DNA of 64,000 bases from assembly GCA_022605425.2 (NCBI GenBank), contig JAKIMF020000001.1:2170001-2234000 (forward strand). Reading direction: 5' to 3'. Of this stretch, positions 35,975 through 48,308 are shown piece by piece. The position numbers were made by a program, and so were the translations under genes. Positions within the stretch are counted from its first letter, which is position 1. Every line of letters begins with the position of its first letter. Source of the DNA: Hamiltosporidium tvaerminnensis FI-OER-3-3 (lineage: Eukaryota > Fungi > Microsporidia). Below the pieces are notes generated by a model. That model had not been told where the DNA came from and searched no databases. It worked only from the letters and a program-made list of their open reading frames with translations.

Positions 35975-37342
35975 ATGGTAATTCAGTCACGTTTATGTAT
36001 AGACATTTCAAAATACACAGAAATAAACATTTGTTCTGGTTTGCAAAAAGAATTTCAAGGAAAAATACAAATATTTAGACCGACCAACGAAAATGATTTT
36101 TATACAGAAAATTTGACTTCAAATACAGTTTGTATTGTTGCATTACCAAATTATTTTAAATATAGCGATTTAGAAAACTTTATACAAGGTTTTATTCCGT
36201 GTTATATTCGATATTTTAAAAATATTGATAAGAATTGTTTTCTTGTAATTTTAAAATTTGAAACTTTAGAGGAATCTTCAAGTTTCTATAAAAAATTTAA
36301 TGGAAAACTTTTTAATGAATACGAACCAGAAATATGTCATGTCATGTTTTTAGGAAAGATACAGTGTATGATTAATGGTATTTACACTTCCTTAGATGAT
36401 ATTACTACGGTAGAAAAAGATAAAGCAAAAATGGAAAATAAAGAAATTAAGGATTTTGAACTTCCAAATTGTCCTGTTTGTCTTGAAAGACTTGATTTAA
36501 GTATTAGTGGTGTATTAACAATACAGTGTAATCATTCATTTCATTGTAATTGTTTATTTTCTTGGAATGATTTGACATGTCCAGTTTGCAGATACTCGTA
36601 TTCAAGAGAAGGATTGAAATGTAGTGAATGTGATATAGATACAGATTTATGGGCCTGTTTAATATGTGGGAATTTAGGGTGTGGTAGATACAATAATGGA
36701 CATGCAAATAAACATTTTAAAGAATTTGATCATTTTTTTAGTTTAGAATTGAATACTAAACGAGTATGGGATTATGTCTCAGACAATTATGTCCATAGAA
36801 TTGTTCAAAGTATAAACGAAGGTAAATTAGTACAAGTAGATGGAAATATAGAGAAAGCTGAGGATATAAAAAACGAATACGAAAATCTTTTAATTGCGCA
36901 AATGGAATCACAAAGAATATTTTACGAGTCAAAAATTAAAGATTTTAAAAAAAAAATTTACAAAAAAATTAAAATTTTAAAGAAAAAATACAAAACTCAA
37001 AAAAAAATAAAAAAAGAAATTCAAAACAATTTAAATGTACAAACTGATTTACAAACCAAAAACACAATTCTATCAGATGAAAATAATCGGTTATTGGAAA
37101 AAAATCAAAAATTTATTACAGAAATTAAATCTAAAGATATTCTTATAACCAAATTACAACGAAGTGTAAATGAAATGACAAATAAAATTGAAAAAGATAA
37201 GTTTTCTCTTAAAGAAATGCAAGATGAAATTAAAGAATTATATTTTCATATTGAAAAAGGTGAAACTCTCAAAAAAGAAATGGTAGGTGGTAGTCTCATA
37301 ATTAGAAAAGGCAAAAAACATACATCTTATAAAAAATTGTAA
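35975..37342 (+). CDS. BRAP: BRAP2/IMP/ETP1-like E3 ligase (BRAP2 RRM, RING-H2, UBP zinc finger, coiled coil)
   Basis: FNGKLFN..EPE.CH, ELPNCPVCLERLD, CNHSFHC.C...W....CPVCRY, LWACLICG..GCGRY and RVWDYVSDNYVHR. ATG at 35975 follows GGGG. Confidence 0.95.
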   Translation: MVIQSRLCIDISKYTEINICSGLQKEFQGKIQIFRPTNENDFYTENLTSNTVCIVALPNYFKYSDLENFIQGFIPCYIRYFKNIDKNCFLVILKFETLEESSSFYKKFNGKLFNEYEPEICHVMFLGKIQCMINGIYTSLDDITTVEKDKAKMENKEIKDFELPNCPVCLERLDLSISGVLTIQCNHSFHCNCLFSWNDLTCPVCRYSYSREGLKCSECDIDTDLWACLICGNLGCGRYNNGHANKHFKEFDHFFSLELNTKRVWDYVSDNYVHRIVQSINEGKLVQVDGNIEKAEDIKNEYENLLIAQMESQRIFYESKIKDFKKKIYKKIKILKKKYKTQKKIKKEIQNNLNVQTDLQTKNTILSDENNRLLEKNQKFITEIKSKDILITKLQRSVNEMTNKIEKDKFSLKEMQDEIKELYFHIEKGETLKKEMVGGSLIIRKGKKHTSYKKL

Positions 37343-37589
37343 AAACTTTTAAATTTCATTTTTCTTTTAAGCTATATTTTTACTTCAGATTTATAAAATT
37401 AAGAATTATGATTCTTAATTTTCTATTCAAATTTTCTTTTTTTTTATAAATTTATTTACTTTTTTATTTGAATTAAACAAAGTTTTTTAAAAATTTGGAA
37501 AACTAATTAGTTTTAAATCATATATTACTAATATTTTACTGCTATAAATCATATATTACATCTATATAATCAATATATTACATTTATAT

Positions 37590-37780
37590 TTTACTTCCTT
37601 TCTATATTCATTACTTCTATTCTAATACTCATTTACTTCTATTCTATACTCATTTACTTCTATTCTATACTCATTTACTTCTATTCTATACTTATTTACT
37701 TCCTTTCTAATACCATTTACTTCTATTCCAATACTATTTACTTCCTTTCTATACTCAATTACATCTATTCCAATACTCAA
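37590..37780. repeat. ~21-bp tandem repeat upstream of NAT10
   Basis: CATTTACTTCTATTCTATACT units. Confidence 0.85.
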
Positions 37781-37819
37781 GAATCTTCAATTTTTTTTAT
37801 TTTTTTATTTTACCGTTGA

Positions 37820-40426
37820 ATGACTTTGTGTGAAAATGAAAATAAAATTTATTCTTTGATAAACGATGGTATAAAAAACAATTACAGATCTGTTTTTGTA
37901 GTGTTGGGTAGTAATTGTAATGAAGTATCAATAAAATTACATCACATTCTATCTAAGACAAGGATAGGTATTAAACCTTCTGTTTTATGGTGTTATAAGA
38001 GAGAAATGACCGGTAAAAATTATAAAAAGAAAAAAATGGCGAATCTTAGCAATCAAGTAAAAAGTGGAATGGTGGTTGAGGAGGATGCGTTTGAAGTGTT
38101 TAATTCATCTACAAATGTAGATTACATTTTATATGGTGAATGTGATAGAGTGTTGGGGCGTACATATGATATGTGTGTTTTACAAGATTTTGACTGTATT
38201 ACTCCAAATATTATGGCAAAAACTGTTGAGACTGTGTGTGGTGGCGGTTTGATTATATTTTTATTGGAAAATATTTATAAGTTGGAGGATGCTTTTGAGA
38301 TGAAAATGGATATTCATAAGAAATTTGGAGATTTAGAAAATGAAAAAATGAGATTTAATAAGAGACTGTTTTGCTCTTTAAAAAAGTCTAAATTTACGAT
38401 ATTTTTAAATGAAAATATGGAAGTTTTAAATATTTCAAAATATAAAAGTAAGAAAAATGAATTGATTAGGAAAGAAAATATTGAAATGGAAAATAAATCT
38501 AAAAAATGTAAAGAAAGTTCAAGTGGAAGTAAAAAATATAAATTTATGAATGGTTTAATAACAAAAGACGTTTTTAAAGAAAATGAAAAAATAGAAAAAA
38601 CAAAAGAACAAAGAAATTTATTAGTAGAACTTGAAAAATTATATTCTGATAGGAACAATAAAACAATTATATCCGTGACTGCAGCTAGAGGAAGAGGAAA
38701 ATCTGCTTTACTTGGGTTTTCGATTTCAGATGCAATAAAAAACCACTTTGGTGTCATAAATGTGGTGGCACCGGCATTAGAAAATGTAAAAACTTTATTT
38801 TTATTTGTTGAAAACGGTTTGAAAGAATTAAATTTTGAAAAGAATAAAGATTATCAAATTTACTTTACAAAAATAAACAATAAAAAATTTGTGAGTAAAA
38901 TTTCGATTACAAAATATTTTAAACAAGTTATTGAATATGTTGATCCAAGAATCGGATTAAAATTATATCCTGATTTAGTTGTGGTTGATGAAGCAGCTGC
39001 TATTCCAATGTCTTTTTTAAAACCTTTTTTGGAATGTAATGTTGTATTGATGGCCTCTACATTGAACGGTTATGAAGGAACTGGCAGATCTTTATCTTTA
39101 AAACTTTTTGAAACACTTCGTAAAAATAGTAAATCTAAAGATTCTTATATTTTCAAAGAATTTATTTTGAATGAAAGTATCAGATATTCTAGAAATGATC
39201 CTGTTGAGAGATGGTTGTATGATGTATTGCTTTTAGATGCACAGCCACCTAAAATTACATTTTGTCCTCCTCCAGAGAATTGTGAGTTGGCTTATGTGGA
39301 TAGAGACATTTTATTTTCATATCATTCGGCTTCTGAAATATTTTTAAATGAAATTGTTTCTCTGTTTGTTGCTTCACATTATAAAAATTCTCCTAATGAT
39401 TTACAATTATTAGCTGATGGGCCTAAACAAGGTATTTTTGTTTTACTGACACCTTTGGATAATAAAAGTGTTGAAGGAAAAGAAAATGCAAATTGTAGTA
39501 TTTTGCCTAAAATTATTTGTGCTATTCAAGTTACTTTGGAAGGAAAAATAAAAAATACACAAACAGTTTCTAAAGATGGAAATTTAATTCCTTGGACGGT
39601 TTACGAACATTTCATTGACACCGAATTCATTAACAAATCTGGTATTAGAATAGTAAGGATAGCAGTGCATCCAGACTTTATTAATATGGGATATGGAAGT
39701 AGAGCCTTGGATTTATTTTGTCGTTTTTTTTCTGAACAAAATTCATCAGAAAATAATTTTTTTATACCAAAAAATACCATGAAAAAGTCACTTCTATATT
39801 CTTTAAAAGATATTTTAATTCCTAAAATTGAATGGATCGGTTCTTCTTTTGGAGTAACGAGTCATCTTCTATTTTTTTGGAAAAAATTAAATTTTTTACA
39901 AATTTACCTTAAACAGACACCCAGCAAAATTACAGGAGAACACTCGGTTATAGTAATCAAAGATATCCATGACAACAACACATGGATATACGATTATTAC
40001 AATATATTCATATCAAAATTTATAAATTTACTTTCTTATAATTATAAAGACTTAGATCCTGTCTTATCCTTATCTCTATATTACGATAAAAATCTTACAA
40101 AATTTAAAGATGAAAATATTAAAATTAAAAATTATTTTTCATGTTTTGATATCAAAAGAATCGAAATATATTGTAAGAATCGTATTGATATCAAAATGAT
40201 AATGGATTTATTACCAATTATTTCATTTTTATATTTTAAAGGTAAATTTACATTTAATTTAGATATTTTACAAGAAAGTTTGTTGCTGATTGTTGGATTG
40301 CAACGTAAAGATTTGTGTTTTGCTTCTTCTATTTTTAAATTGGATTCAAGTCATATTAATAGTATTTTCTTAAAAATTATTTCTTTATTGTTTAGTGAGA
40401 TTTTTAAAATGTATCAAAATGAATAG
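37820..40426 (+). CDS. NAT10: RNA cytidine acetyltransferase
   Basis: PSVLWCYK, LGRTYDMCVLQDF, TAARGRGKSALLG, DEAAAIP, GYEGTGRSLSLKL, HYKNSPNDLQ and RIVRIAVHP...MGYGSRA motifs (yeast KRE33 orthologue). Confidence 0.97.
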   Translation: MTLCENENKIYSLINDGIKNNYRSVFVVLGSNCNEVSIKLHHILSKTRIGIKPSVLWCYKREMTGKNYKKKKMANLSNQVKSGMVVEEDAFEVFNSSTNVDYILYGECDRVLGRTYDMCVLQDFDCITPNIMAKTVETVCGGGLIIFLLENIYKLEDAFEMKMDIHKKFGDLENEKMRFNKRLFCSLKKSKFTIFLNENMEVLNISKYKSKKNELIRKENIEMENKSKKCKESSSGSKKYKFMNGLITKDVFKENEKIEKTKEQRNLLVELEKLYSDRNNKTIISVTAARGRGKSALLGFSISDAIKNHFGVINVVAPALENVKTLFLFVENGLKELNFEKNKDYQIYFTKINNKKFVSKISITKYFKQVIEYVDPRIGLKLYPDLVVVDEAAAIPMSFLKPFLECNVVLMASTLNGYEGTGRSLSLKLFETLRKNSKSKDSYIFKEFILNESIRYSRNDPVERWLYDVLLLDAQPPKITFCPPPENCELAYVDRDILFSYHSASEIFLNEIVSLFVASHYKNSPNDLQLLADGPKQGIFVLLTPLDNKSVEGKENANCSILPKIICAIQVTLEGKIKNTQTVSKDGNLIPWTVYEHFIDTEFINKSGIRIVRIAVHPDFINMGYGSRALDLFCRFFSEQNSSENNFFIPKNTMKKSLLYSLKDILIPKIEWIGSSFGVTSHLLFFWKKLNFLQIYLKQTPSKITGEHSVIVIKDIHDNNTWIYDYYNIFISKFINLLSYNYKDLDPVLSLSLYYDKNLTKFKDENIKIKNYFSCFDIKRIEIYCKNRIDIKMIMDLLPIISFLYFKGKFTFNLDILQESLLLIVGLQRKDLCFASSIFKLDSSHINSIFLKIISLLFSEIFKMYQNE

Positions 40427-41360
40427 AATTAAAGATTTATAAAAAGTAGAAGGATTTAAGAAGAATATATTTATTATGTTTTATAAGTTTATAATGAATA
40501 TATGATATGAAATGCGGTGGTTAAAATAAAATATTTTAAATGTTTTTTCAAAATAGAAATAATATGATTATAAATTTGATATTAAATTTTGATTTATTTT
40601 TTAATTAATTTTTCTTTCTTTGGTAATTCATATATAAATAGAATAAAATTAGAAATTTAAAAGCTATGGATAAACTCTAATATATATCAATGTCTAGCTA
40701 TTTATATATTTTTATGAAATTTGTTCAATCAAATCAAAATATGATTGGAGGTGATTATTTAAGATTTTTGTGTTCAAATTTTTTATTTATTAACTTTCAA
40801 ATCATTGATATAGATTTATGTGATATTTCAATTATATATTATTAATTCTAAGATATTTTAAAAGAACAATATTTATTTAATTAGCGATTTGATTATATTT
40901 GTATTCTTTATTTTATTAACTTTTTTTTTAATTATGATTTGAATGAATTTTATTTAGTTATACGAATATTTAAGTAATATTAAACAACTAAATAATAGAT
41001 TTTTTAAATTGTAACATCGATTATCGTCTGTTCTTTTGTTGTAGATTATGTATTTTGATTCGCATATTGTACATAGGTTAATAATTTGGATGTAAATATG
41101 CGAATATTATTGAAAAAAAATATGATAGAAACATTAAATATGTAAATAAATTGCTATGAATAAAAAGAAAGTGCTTCTATTATGAGTTTTAATTTATCTA
41201 ATCTAATCGAAAAGGTTGAAACATTTCAATATATCAAAGTATATCTAACGGTTTTAGGTAATATCAGTTTCAATTTTTAAAGGTTACTGTTTCATTAATC
41301 AAATATTTATTGGTTGTTTGCAAATCTAAAAGTATAAATCGAGGCAGGTTTTTAAGATAA

Positions 41361-41822
41361 ATGAAGTTCTTAGATATTTTATTATGTTTTGTAGCTTGCA
41401 TATTTTTTGCTTCTAGATTCTCGTATGCCGATGAATCTGATTCTTCGAATTCAACATCATCATCAAATTCTACTTCAACTAGTGGTGGGAGCGAAAGCTC
41501 ATCGGGAGGATCATCATCGGGTGATGCAACTTCTCAAGGTTCAGATGGAGGAAATCAAACCAGTTCAAGTACAGGCAACAATGCTACAAGCACTAATGCT
41601 ACAAGCACTAATGCTACAGGCGCCAATGCTACAGGCGCCAATGCTACGGGTAATAAAACAAATGTAGATAAAGATAACTGTGTAAAAATTGATGGGGAAA
41701 CTATTGAAGATAAACCTGGAAGAATTGTATATTGTGGCAGATCCAAACGTACAGACGATTGTGCTTTACCCGAACGAACACCAGGAACAACAAAAGACTA
41801 TTCAAGAACTTGTTACACTTGA
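41361..41822 (+). CDS. Small secreted Ser/Thr-rich protein with NAT repeats and Cys motif
   Basis: Signal peptide MKFLDILLCFVACIFFASRFSYA. 15-bp repeats at 41580-41654. C-terminal DNC..PGRIVYC..PERTPGT. Confidence 0.8.
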   Translation: MKFLDILLCFVACIFFASRFSYADESDSSNSTSSSNSTSTSGGSESSSGGSSSGDATSQGSDGGNQTSSSTGNNATSTNATSTNATGANATGANATGNKTNVDKDNCVKIDGETIEDKPGRIVYCGRSKRTDDCALPERTPGTTKDYSRTCYT

Positions 41823-43054
41823 ATTTAGTATAAATAAAATATTTAGGTTATTTTTTATTATTATTAGTTTATAGGAAAAAAATATTTGTGTTTTTTGATT
41901 ATACAGGAGTAAAAAGTCATAAAAATAGGGGGGAAGGTAAAAATGAAACTATGATTATATAATACGGTATTAGATAAGTTATCTTTTTTCATGAAATACG
42001 TCATCTGCATATTATTTTATGTTTCACTATAATAATGTGATAATTCTAAGATAAGTTTTTATGATTATCATAATAGAATATTGATTTGATATTTACATCA
42101 AATTGTATGAAACACCATATCAGGTTTAAAATATATTAAGCTTTACATTCAAAGCAAATAACAAAGAATACTTTACTTTAAATAGTGTTTTTTGGGTTAA
42201 AATTTATATTAGCAAACACTATAGGCTTGGAGAAGAATATTTTTAATATATCGAATCTACATTACTTATTTATTGTAATTCATTTTCAAGTTTTTTTGGT
42301 TCAACTTGATTAATATTTATTCATAAAACTCCAAGTTGTATAGAAATTTTTTCTAGTAAGAATTAGAGCTCTTATTTTTGATTGTTAGATGGTATATAAT
42401 TCTTTTTACCATTCTTCTATATATTTGTAGATTTGGCGCTCTTATACTTCTGCCATTAAATTAAATCCCAGTATTATGTTTTCTACTTTTTAAAATACTA
42501 ATTCAGTATAATATTCTTTTATCCATTGAAGCAATGAATATAATCAATTGGAATAATTCATTAAAGTAATTAAATTTTATAACCGCATTTAAAGTTTGAT
42601 ATGAATGATTAGGAATATTGGGAAGCCCTAATATCACATATTATAAAGTGCGAATTATCCAAACATGAAATCTACAAATAAACTAAATAGTTCGGGAACA
42701 TGCCATCTTTTCTAAATTTCTGGCAAACTGGTAGAATTCATATTATGATGGTTTTTCTATATATATAAGTTTATAATATATTTTTTTATATAGATGTAAT
42801 ATATCATGTTTTGTTACGGATTGTTAGATAAGTTTTTAGGTCAGATGTAGTTCTGATTTTTCGAGATGATGAAACAATGATTTCCTATCTTAAAAATTCG
42901 GAATTAGATTTCACAACATATCACAATCGAAATAATTTTAATGAAACGCTAAAAAACAATTAAATAAAAAATTTGTCAATTTAATTTAAGTTCTGCTTTA
43001 ATACCAGAAGTAGCTAAGAAATATAAAATAAAATATATAATAATTTCTTTATTG

Positions 43055-43414
43055 TCAGGGTACTGGATTATCGGTTGTATCTTCATTTTCAGGGTCTTGA
43101 TCTCCAAATGATACTTTAAGTTTCCCGTTTTCAACAGATATTTTACCGTTTGTTAATCGATAAGAAACCTTTTTCGTGTATTCTCCTTGAACCGATTCAA
43201 ATCTACCGTTCTTGTTGTCATCTAGGTTTTTACCATATTCAATTCTAAAACTTTTATCGTCATGAGTAAACTCAATATTTTCTAAACCAATACCTGGTGG
43301 CAGATCGTAATAAAATACAGGATTTTTATTCGTTTCAATGTTTTTTAGTTCATATTTATATTTTTTCAATTTTAAATCTCTACAAAATACGTGTATTAGA
43401 AATATAAGAAACAT
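43055..43414 (-). CDS. Putative secreted Hsp20/alpha-crystallin-like protein
   Basis: Short hydrophobic leader MFLIFLIHVFC. DLPPGIGLENI and ISVENGKLKVSF resemble the sHSP DLPG and ENGVL motifs. Confidence 0.5.
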   Translation of the reverse strand: MFLIFLIHVFCRDLKLKKYKYELKNIETNKNPVFYYDLPPGIGLENIEFTHDDKSFRIEYGKNLDDNKNGRFESVQGEYTKKVSYRLTNGKISVENGKLKVSFGDQDPENEDTTDNPVP

Positions 43415-44835
43415 TATTTCGATTTGTTTTATAGATTCTGTTGTACTTTTTTTATAATAAACTCTGTACATTGTTTTAAAAGTGTTTCAAATTGTATTTT
43501 TTTTAATATAAATTAATTATCATTGTTATATCTAAAAAAAAGATTTTTTTGAGAAACAAAACACTTTATTGGTTTTTTGACATTCAAAAAATCTTCTAGA
43601 CATCTAATGACCTCTTAAATATACATAAATAAATTAACCAAATATCATAATAAGATATTTATGTACTTATATATTATGTTGCAATAAATTTATAGGTTAC
43701 ATTTTTTTGAAGGAATCGCTAATTATTTTTCAAAAATTTTTTAGATTAAGTATAATGAACTTTTTATATATAGATCGGAAAAATATTGATTTTTAAATAT
43801 TCGTAAATTGGAATTATATTTTGAGATAGATTAAACTATTAAGAAAAATACTTTTTTTGGGATTTTAATTTAAAAATTTAATTTGTGAAAAAAGTCAGCC
43901 GCCTAGTGGAAAATTTCTATTTATAATATACTTGAAATATTTCTTTATGTTATAAGTTGGAATTGCATCCGATTATTAAAATCTATCTTAGAGATATAAT
44001 ATGTAGGAATTAAAGCAAAGATTCAGTCTAGAGTACTCAAAATATATTTGAATCAATTTTATGTACTATAAGATTTAAGGTTAAGTATAATACGTTAAGA
44101 GTTGAAATGTATATTAAAACTGTTTAAAATATGCATTTATATACAAACAAATGATAATTTCGTTCAAATTTACATATAGCGTGTGGAAATAAAACAAACT
44201 TTTAATCATTAAAATTAAAAAAAACTATCACAAGATAATCGCATGTTTGGAATAAATCCAATTAAATTGAAATAATTTAGTTGATGAAGGAAAACCTTGT
44301 TAAAAACTATTTTATGGTAATTTAAATTCGGATTGATGTAAATTTATTCTATGGTGTTTTGATAGGATGTAAACTATACTAGATCTATGTGACAAACTCT
44401 ATAATGCTTGATTACAACGAATTAAAAAAAAATGAAAAAGAAGAACAATTTCAAAAGTCATTCCCTTTGTATGTAAACAAGACTATGAAACACGCTGCAT
44501 AAAATTAAAAGATTTGACGGAGAAAATAAAAAAACTTAGGAATGTTGAAATGGTTAGATTCCTTAAAACCGGCTTTTTGTGAAAAAAAAGAACAGACCTA
44601 ATAAATGCAAGGACATTGACCAGAGACATAATGTCTGGGCATATAATGTTAATCTTTAGAACAGCGAGATCAAGGGGACTGGAATGAGTAAGTAACTAAA
44701 ATTTTTATTAAATTCTAATCTCTAATAAATTTATAGGGTTTTTCGATCAATATCATAATCCTCGCAATCAATATAAGAATTTTTTTAAAAAATAAAAATT
44801 TAAAAAATAATCTATGCATTGTAAAATTAACTTCT

Positions 44836-45997
44836 ATGTCAAATTCTTTTTCAGGTAAAAATATCAACGAGAACAAATATGATCTTCATGTCGGCGAAAC
44901 ACTGGAATGTATAGAGTGTGAAAATGACAATGTTTTGAAGTGTCTTGTAGAAACATCGGGATCAAATGATGAAAATCTCTCCATAACCACTATTCCAACT
45001 CTGAGGAAACAAAAAGTTTCTATTAATGATCGGGAACGCATAATTGAAAAGACATTAGAAGGCTATTCTATGTCCGCAATTGCCTCGATGTATCGAATAA
45101 ATTACCAGACGGTTAATAGTATCGTTAGACGATATTTAAAAACTGGCTTGGTATTTGTCGATAAAAGAGGTGGTGATAGGCGCTCAAAGTTAACCTTGGA
45201 AATAAAAGAGAGCTTACAAACCTATGTTGATTTTGAGTGTACAAAAACCCTGTATGTGGAGGCAGAATGGATCAAATGTACATTTAATGTTGATGTGTCA
45301 ACTAGTACAATTGATCGCGCACTAAGGTAGTTCCATTACACACTAAAACATGTAACATTAGTGCATGAGCATAGAAATTCACCTTCGAAAATTGAGACCA
45401 GAACCAATTATGCAACTATTTTTCGTGAGATGGGGCATAAGGATGACAAAAACGTTATCTTTTTAGGTGAAGTTGAGTTTGGGTAGTACACGCTCCAGTA
45501 AAGGTCGTAATAATAGAGATGAATCTGGATACCTATCTTTGACTGCAAGCCGATGTAGAAATATTACAGTAGTCGTAGCAATGAACAAATATGGTATGAT
45601 ATACCATAAGATTCATGATAATGCCGTAAATAATGAGGACTTTAAATTATCTATTAAGAGATTTGTGAAAATTGTCAACGGCAGAGAATTTTGACTCAGA
45701 TATTTGTAATTGAGAATGCGAGAATTCATCACTATCGTGGATTGAATGATGATGAAGAAATTGCTTCGTATCGAATAAAATATCTTCCACCTTACTCTCC
45801 AGTTCTTAATCTAATTGAGAATGTATTCTCAGTCTGGAAAAATAAAGTAATGCAGGTAGTGTTTGTACTGAGCCTCAGTTGAGAATATTAATTTGTGAAA
45901 AATTTAATGAGATCACGGGAGAATATTGAGGTTATTTTTACTAAAAATTATTAGGGTATTTGCAGAAGGCTGAAGATGGGCAAGTATTTCTTGAATA
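44836..45997 (+). pseudogene. Tc1-type DDE transposase, disrupted
   Basis: HTH region (RERII...TVNSIVRRY, RGGDRRSKLT, VSTSTIDRAL). Catalytic motifs mutated (VIFLGE, VIENARIH). YLPPYSPVLNLIE present. Stops and frameshifts. Confidence 0.9.
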
Positions 45998-46027
45998 ATA
46001 AATCACAAGTACTATTTAAATTTTATT

Positions 46028-46795
46028 CCTTCTCCTTCTAAATAGATATAAGTTTAAGTCTTCAAAACGAATAAGGAGCCACTCAGTTCAAGAAATTCTT
46101 GATAATGAGTATGCAGAGATAAGAGTGGACACCAGAATTAAAACTGATGTTAAAATTCGGAATAACAGACCGGACATATTTATTTTAGATAAGAAGAAGA
46201 ATAAGATAACACTTATTGAAGTAGGAATCACTTCCCAAGATTCACTTCAAATAGTTGAAACTAAAAAACTTAGGAAGTATGACCTACTAGCCAATGAGTT
46301 GGGTCTTATTTATAAGTGTAGTGTTGAGATAATCCCTTATGTGATGACCTGGGACGGTATTGTGACAAAATACCATAAATCTCATCTTAAAAGACTAGAA
46401 ATACCCATGAATGTAGAGGCATACATTCAGTCTATAGTACTTAAGAAGACGGTCGAAATAATTTCCTTTGATCGACAAAGAGGACTTGAGTAAGGACTCA
46501 ATGCCGAAGAGAGCTGGGAGAGAGCGTCAATGGGTGTTATTATGAGAGCAGAGATGCACGAGGAACCAACACCCCCTTTAAAAGAAGACAAGAGAGAGGA
46601 AGATGGTGCAAAAAATTTTAAACCGAAAAATAATACACCCCTTATTTCACAAGGAGGAACCACTTTAGAGGAACCGACCAATAACATAAATAAAGAGTCG
46701 GATTTGGAAGAAGAGACAAAAGTGGTTAAAGTGGTAGAAGAAAACATGTAAAAAAAATGGTAAAAATATTTTAACCCAGAATTTTATTAAATAAA
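46028..46795 (+). pseudogene. ~770-bp 3' fragment of R4/Dong nested inside the Tc1 element
   Basis: Near-identical to the reverse complement of 13274-14039. Premature TAA at 46491. Confidence 0.93.
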
Positions 46796-48308
46796 ATAAA
46801 AAAAATTTTTATGGGAATTGCAAGGGTTATGATATTGTTCGAAAACTCCTATAATAATGTTAGACTCAACTTTCTAAACTGAATTTAAAATTTTGTTCAA
46901 TTTTTTAGCAATGGTGATATATTTTATTCGAAAAATATTTACAAACACAGGATCTCATCGTTTTTTATTTTAATTTTAATACCTCTAGAGTCCTGGCTCT
47001 TTTTCGTTGGTAATATAAATCTAAGGTAAGTACCTTCCGTAATCAAATTTATATTAAACGCATTTTCTAGTAAAATTTAATATTTCTAAACTATCTCATA
47101 TTATTTCTAGTAAATTAATCTTCAACAGTTCCTAATAATCTTTGCCTTTATATTTAAATCTTCTAAAATCTGCCTGTAATGTTGAGACATTTTTTTAACA
47201 AAAATAACTATGATAATGAACTAAAGATGAGTGAAAAGGCTATCTAAAAACTGCTGTAGTTTTCGAAACATCTATTTACATAAAAATACTACTTTCAGTA
47301 TAAAATTTTAGCAACTTTCTTGAAATTTTACAGAATATTTATTTTCATTAAACGAATAGCTTAGTTTTTCAAGCCAAAATATAAATAAACAAATAAAATA
47401 TATTAAATAAGCGTTAAAATCATAATTTCGAACATTAACATCTTAATAAGATAATACATTGTTCTCTCGGTCCTTTGACCCGGTAAGGTAGATAATGATA
47501 TACATGAAGTTTATTTCAAATAATCAAACCTAAAACTAAAAAATAGAATATTGATTTTAAATAAATAGCAGAAAAAAATAGAAATCGAATCTACACAAAC
47601 TATAGGATAATATATAGAATTTCTATAAAAGGACTTGAAAACGGCCTAAAAGGCAGGTTATGATTTTTTTGTTGGTAAAGATGTAGATTATTACTTGGAA
47701 GAAGACAAGCAAACCTCAAAGCAGCATTTAAATAAATTTAAATTTTATATGATGAGAGAAGAACGTTAAAATCAAATTTAATTACAAAGAAAAGTGAAAA
47801 TAGCATACAATAATTTTAATATGGAAATTTATGCCTAAAAACTCTTTAATATTTAATCTTGCATCTGATTGAAAATATTTGAAATTCGAACTTTTAAAAC
47901 ATCCTATAGATATAAAAAACGAAAAATAAGTCGAGATTTGCTATAAATACATGGAAACGAATCTATTCAGAACATTATTTGATTAAAACAACAAATATAA
48001 TATCTAGGAAAAGCACCGTTTTTTAAAAAAATAAATATTTGATATCTTTTAGTTCTTTAAACCAAAAAAGAAAAATTAAAGATGTTTTTTATAGATTGAA
48101 TACACGTTAGGTAAACAACACCTTTATATTAATAAATATCTTGATAAAGTAATGATAGAATATATGAAATATTTTCCTTCATACAATACCCATACACTAA
48201 TTAAATCGTTTGAACCAAATATAATTTAATTTCATCAGAAACAAAATGAGGCATATTTTATATTGTTTTTATTTTTTAAATATTATGCTCCCATATAATA
48301 ACAGTTAG

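Larger units (their letters stand above)
44732..46853 (+). mobile_element. Tc1/mariner-IS630 DNA transposon with ~55-bp imperfect TIRs
   Basis: Left TATAGGGTTTTTCGATCAATATCATAATCCTCGCAAT is the inverted match of right ATTGCAAGGGTTATGATATTGTTCGAAAACTCCTATA. TA at both ends. Confidence 0.88.
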
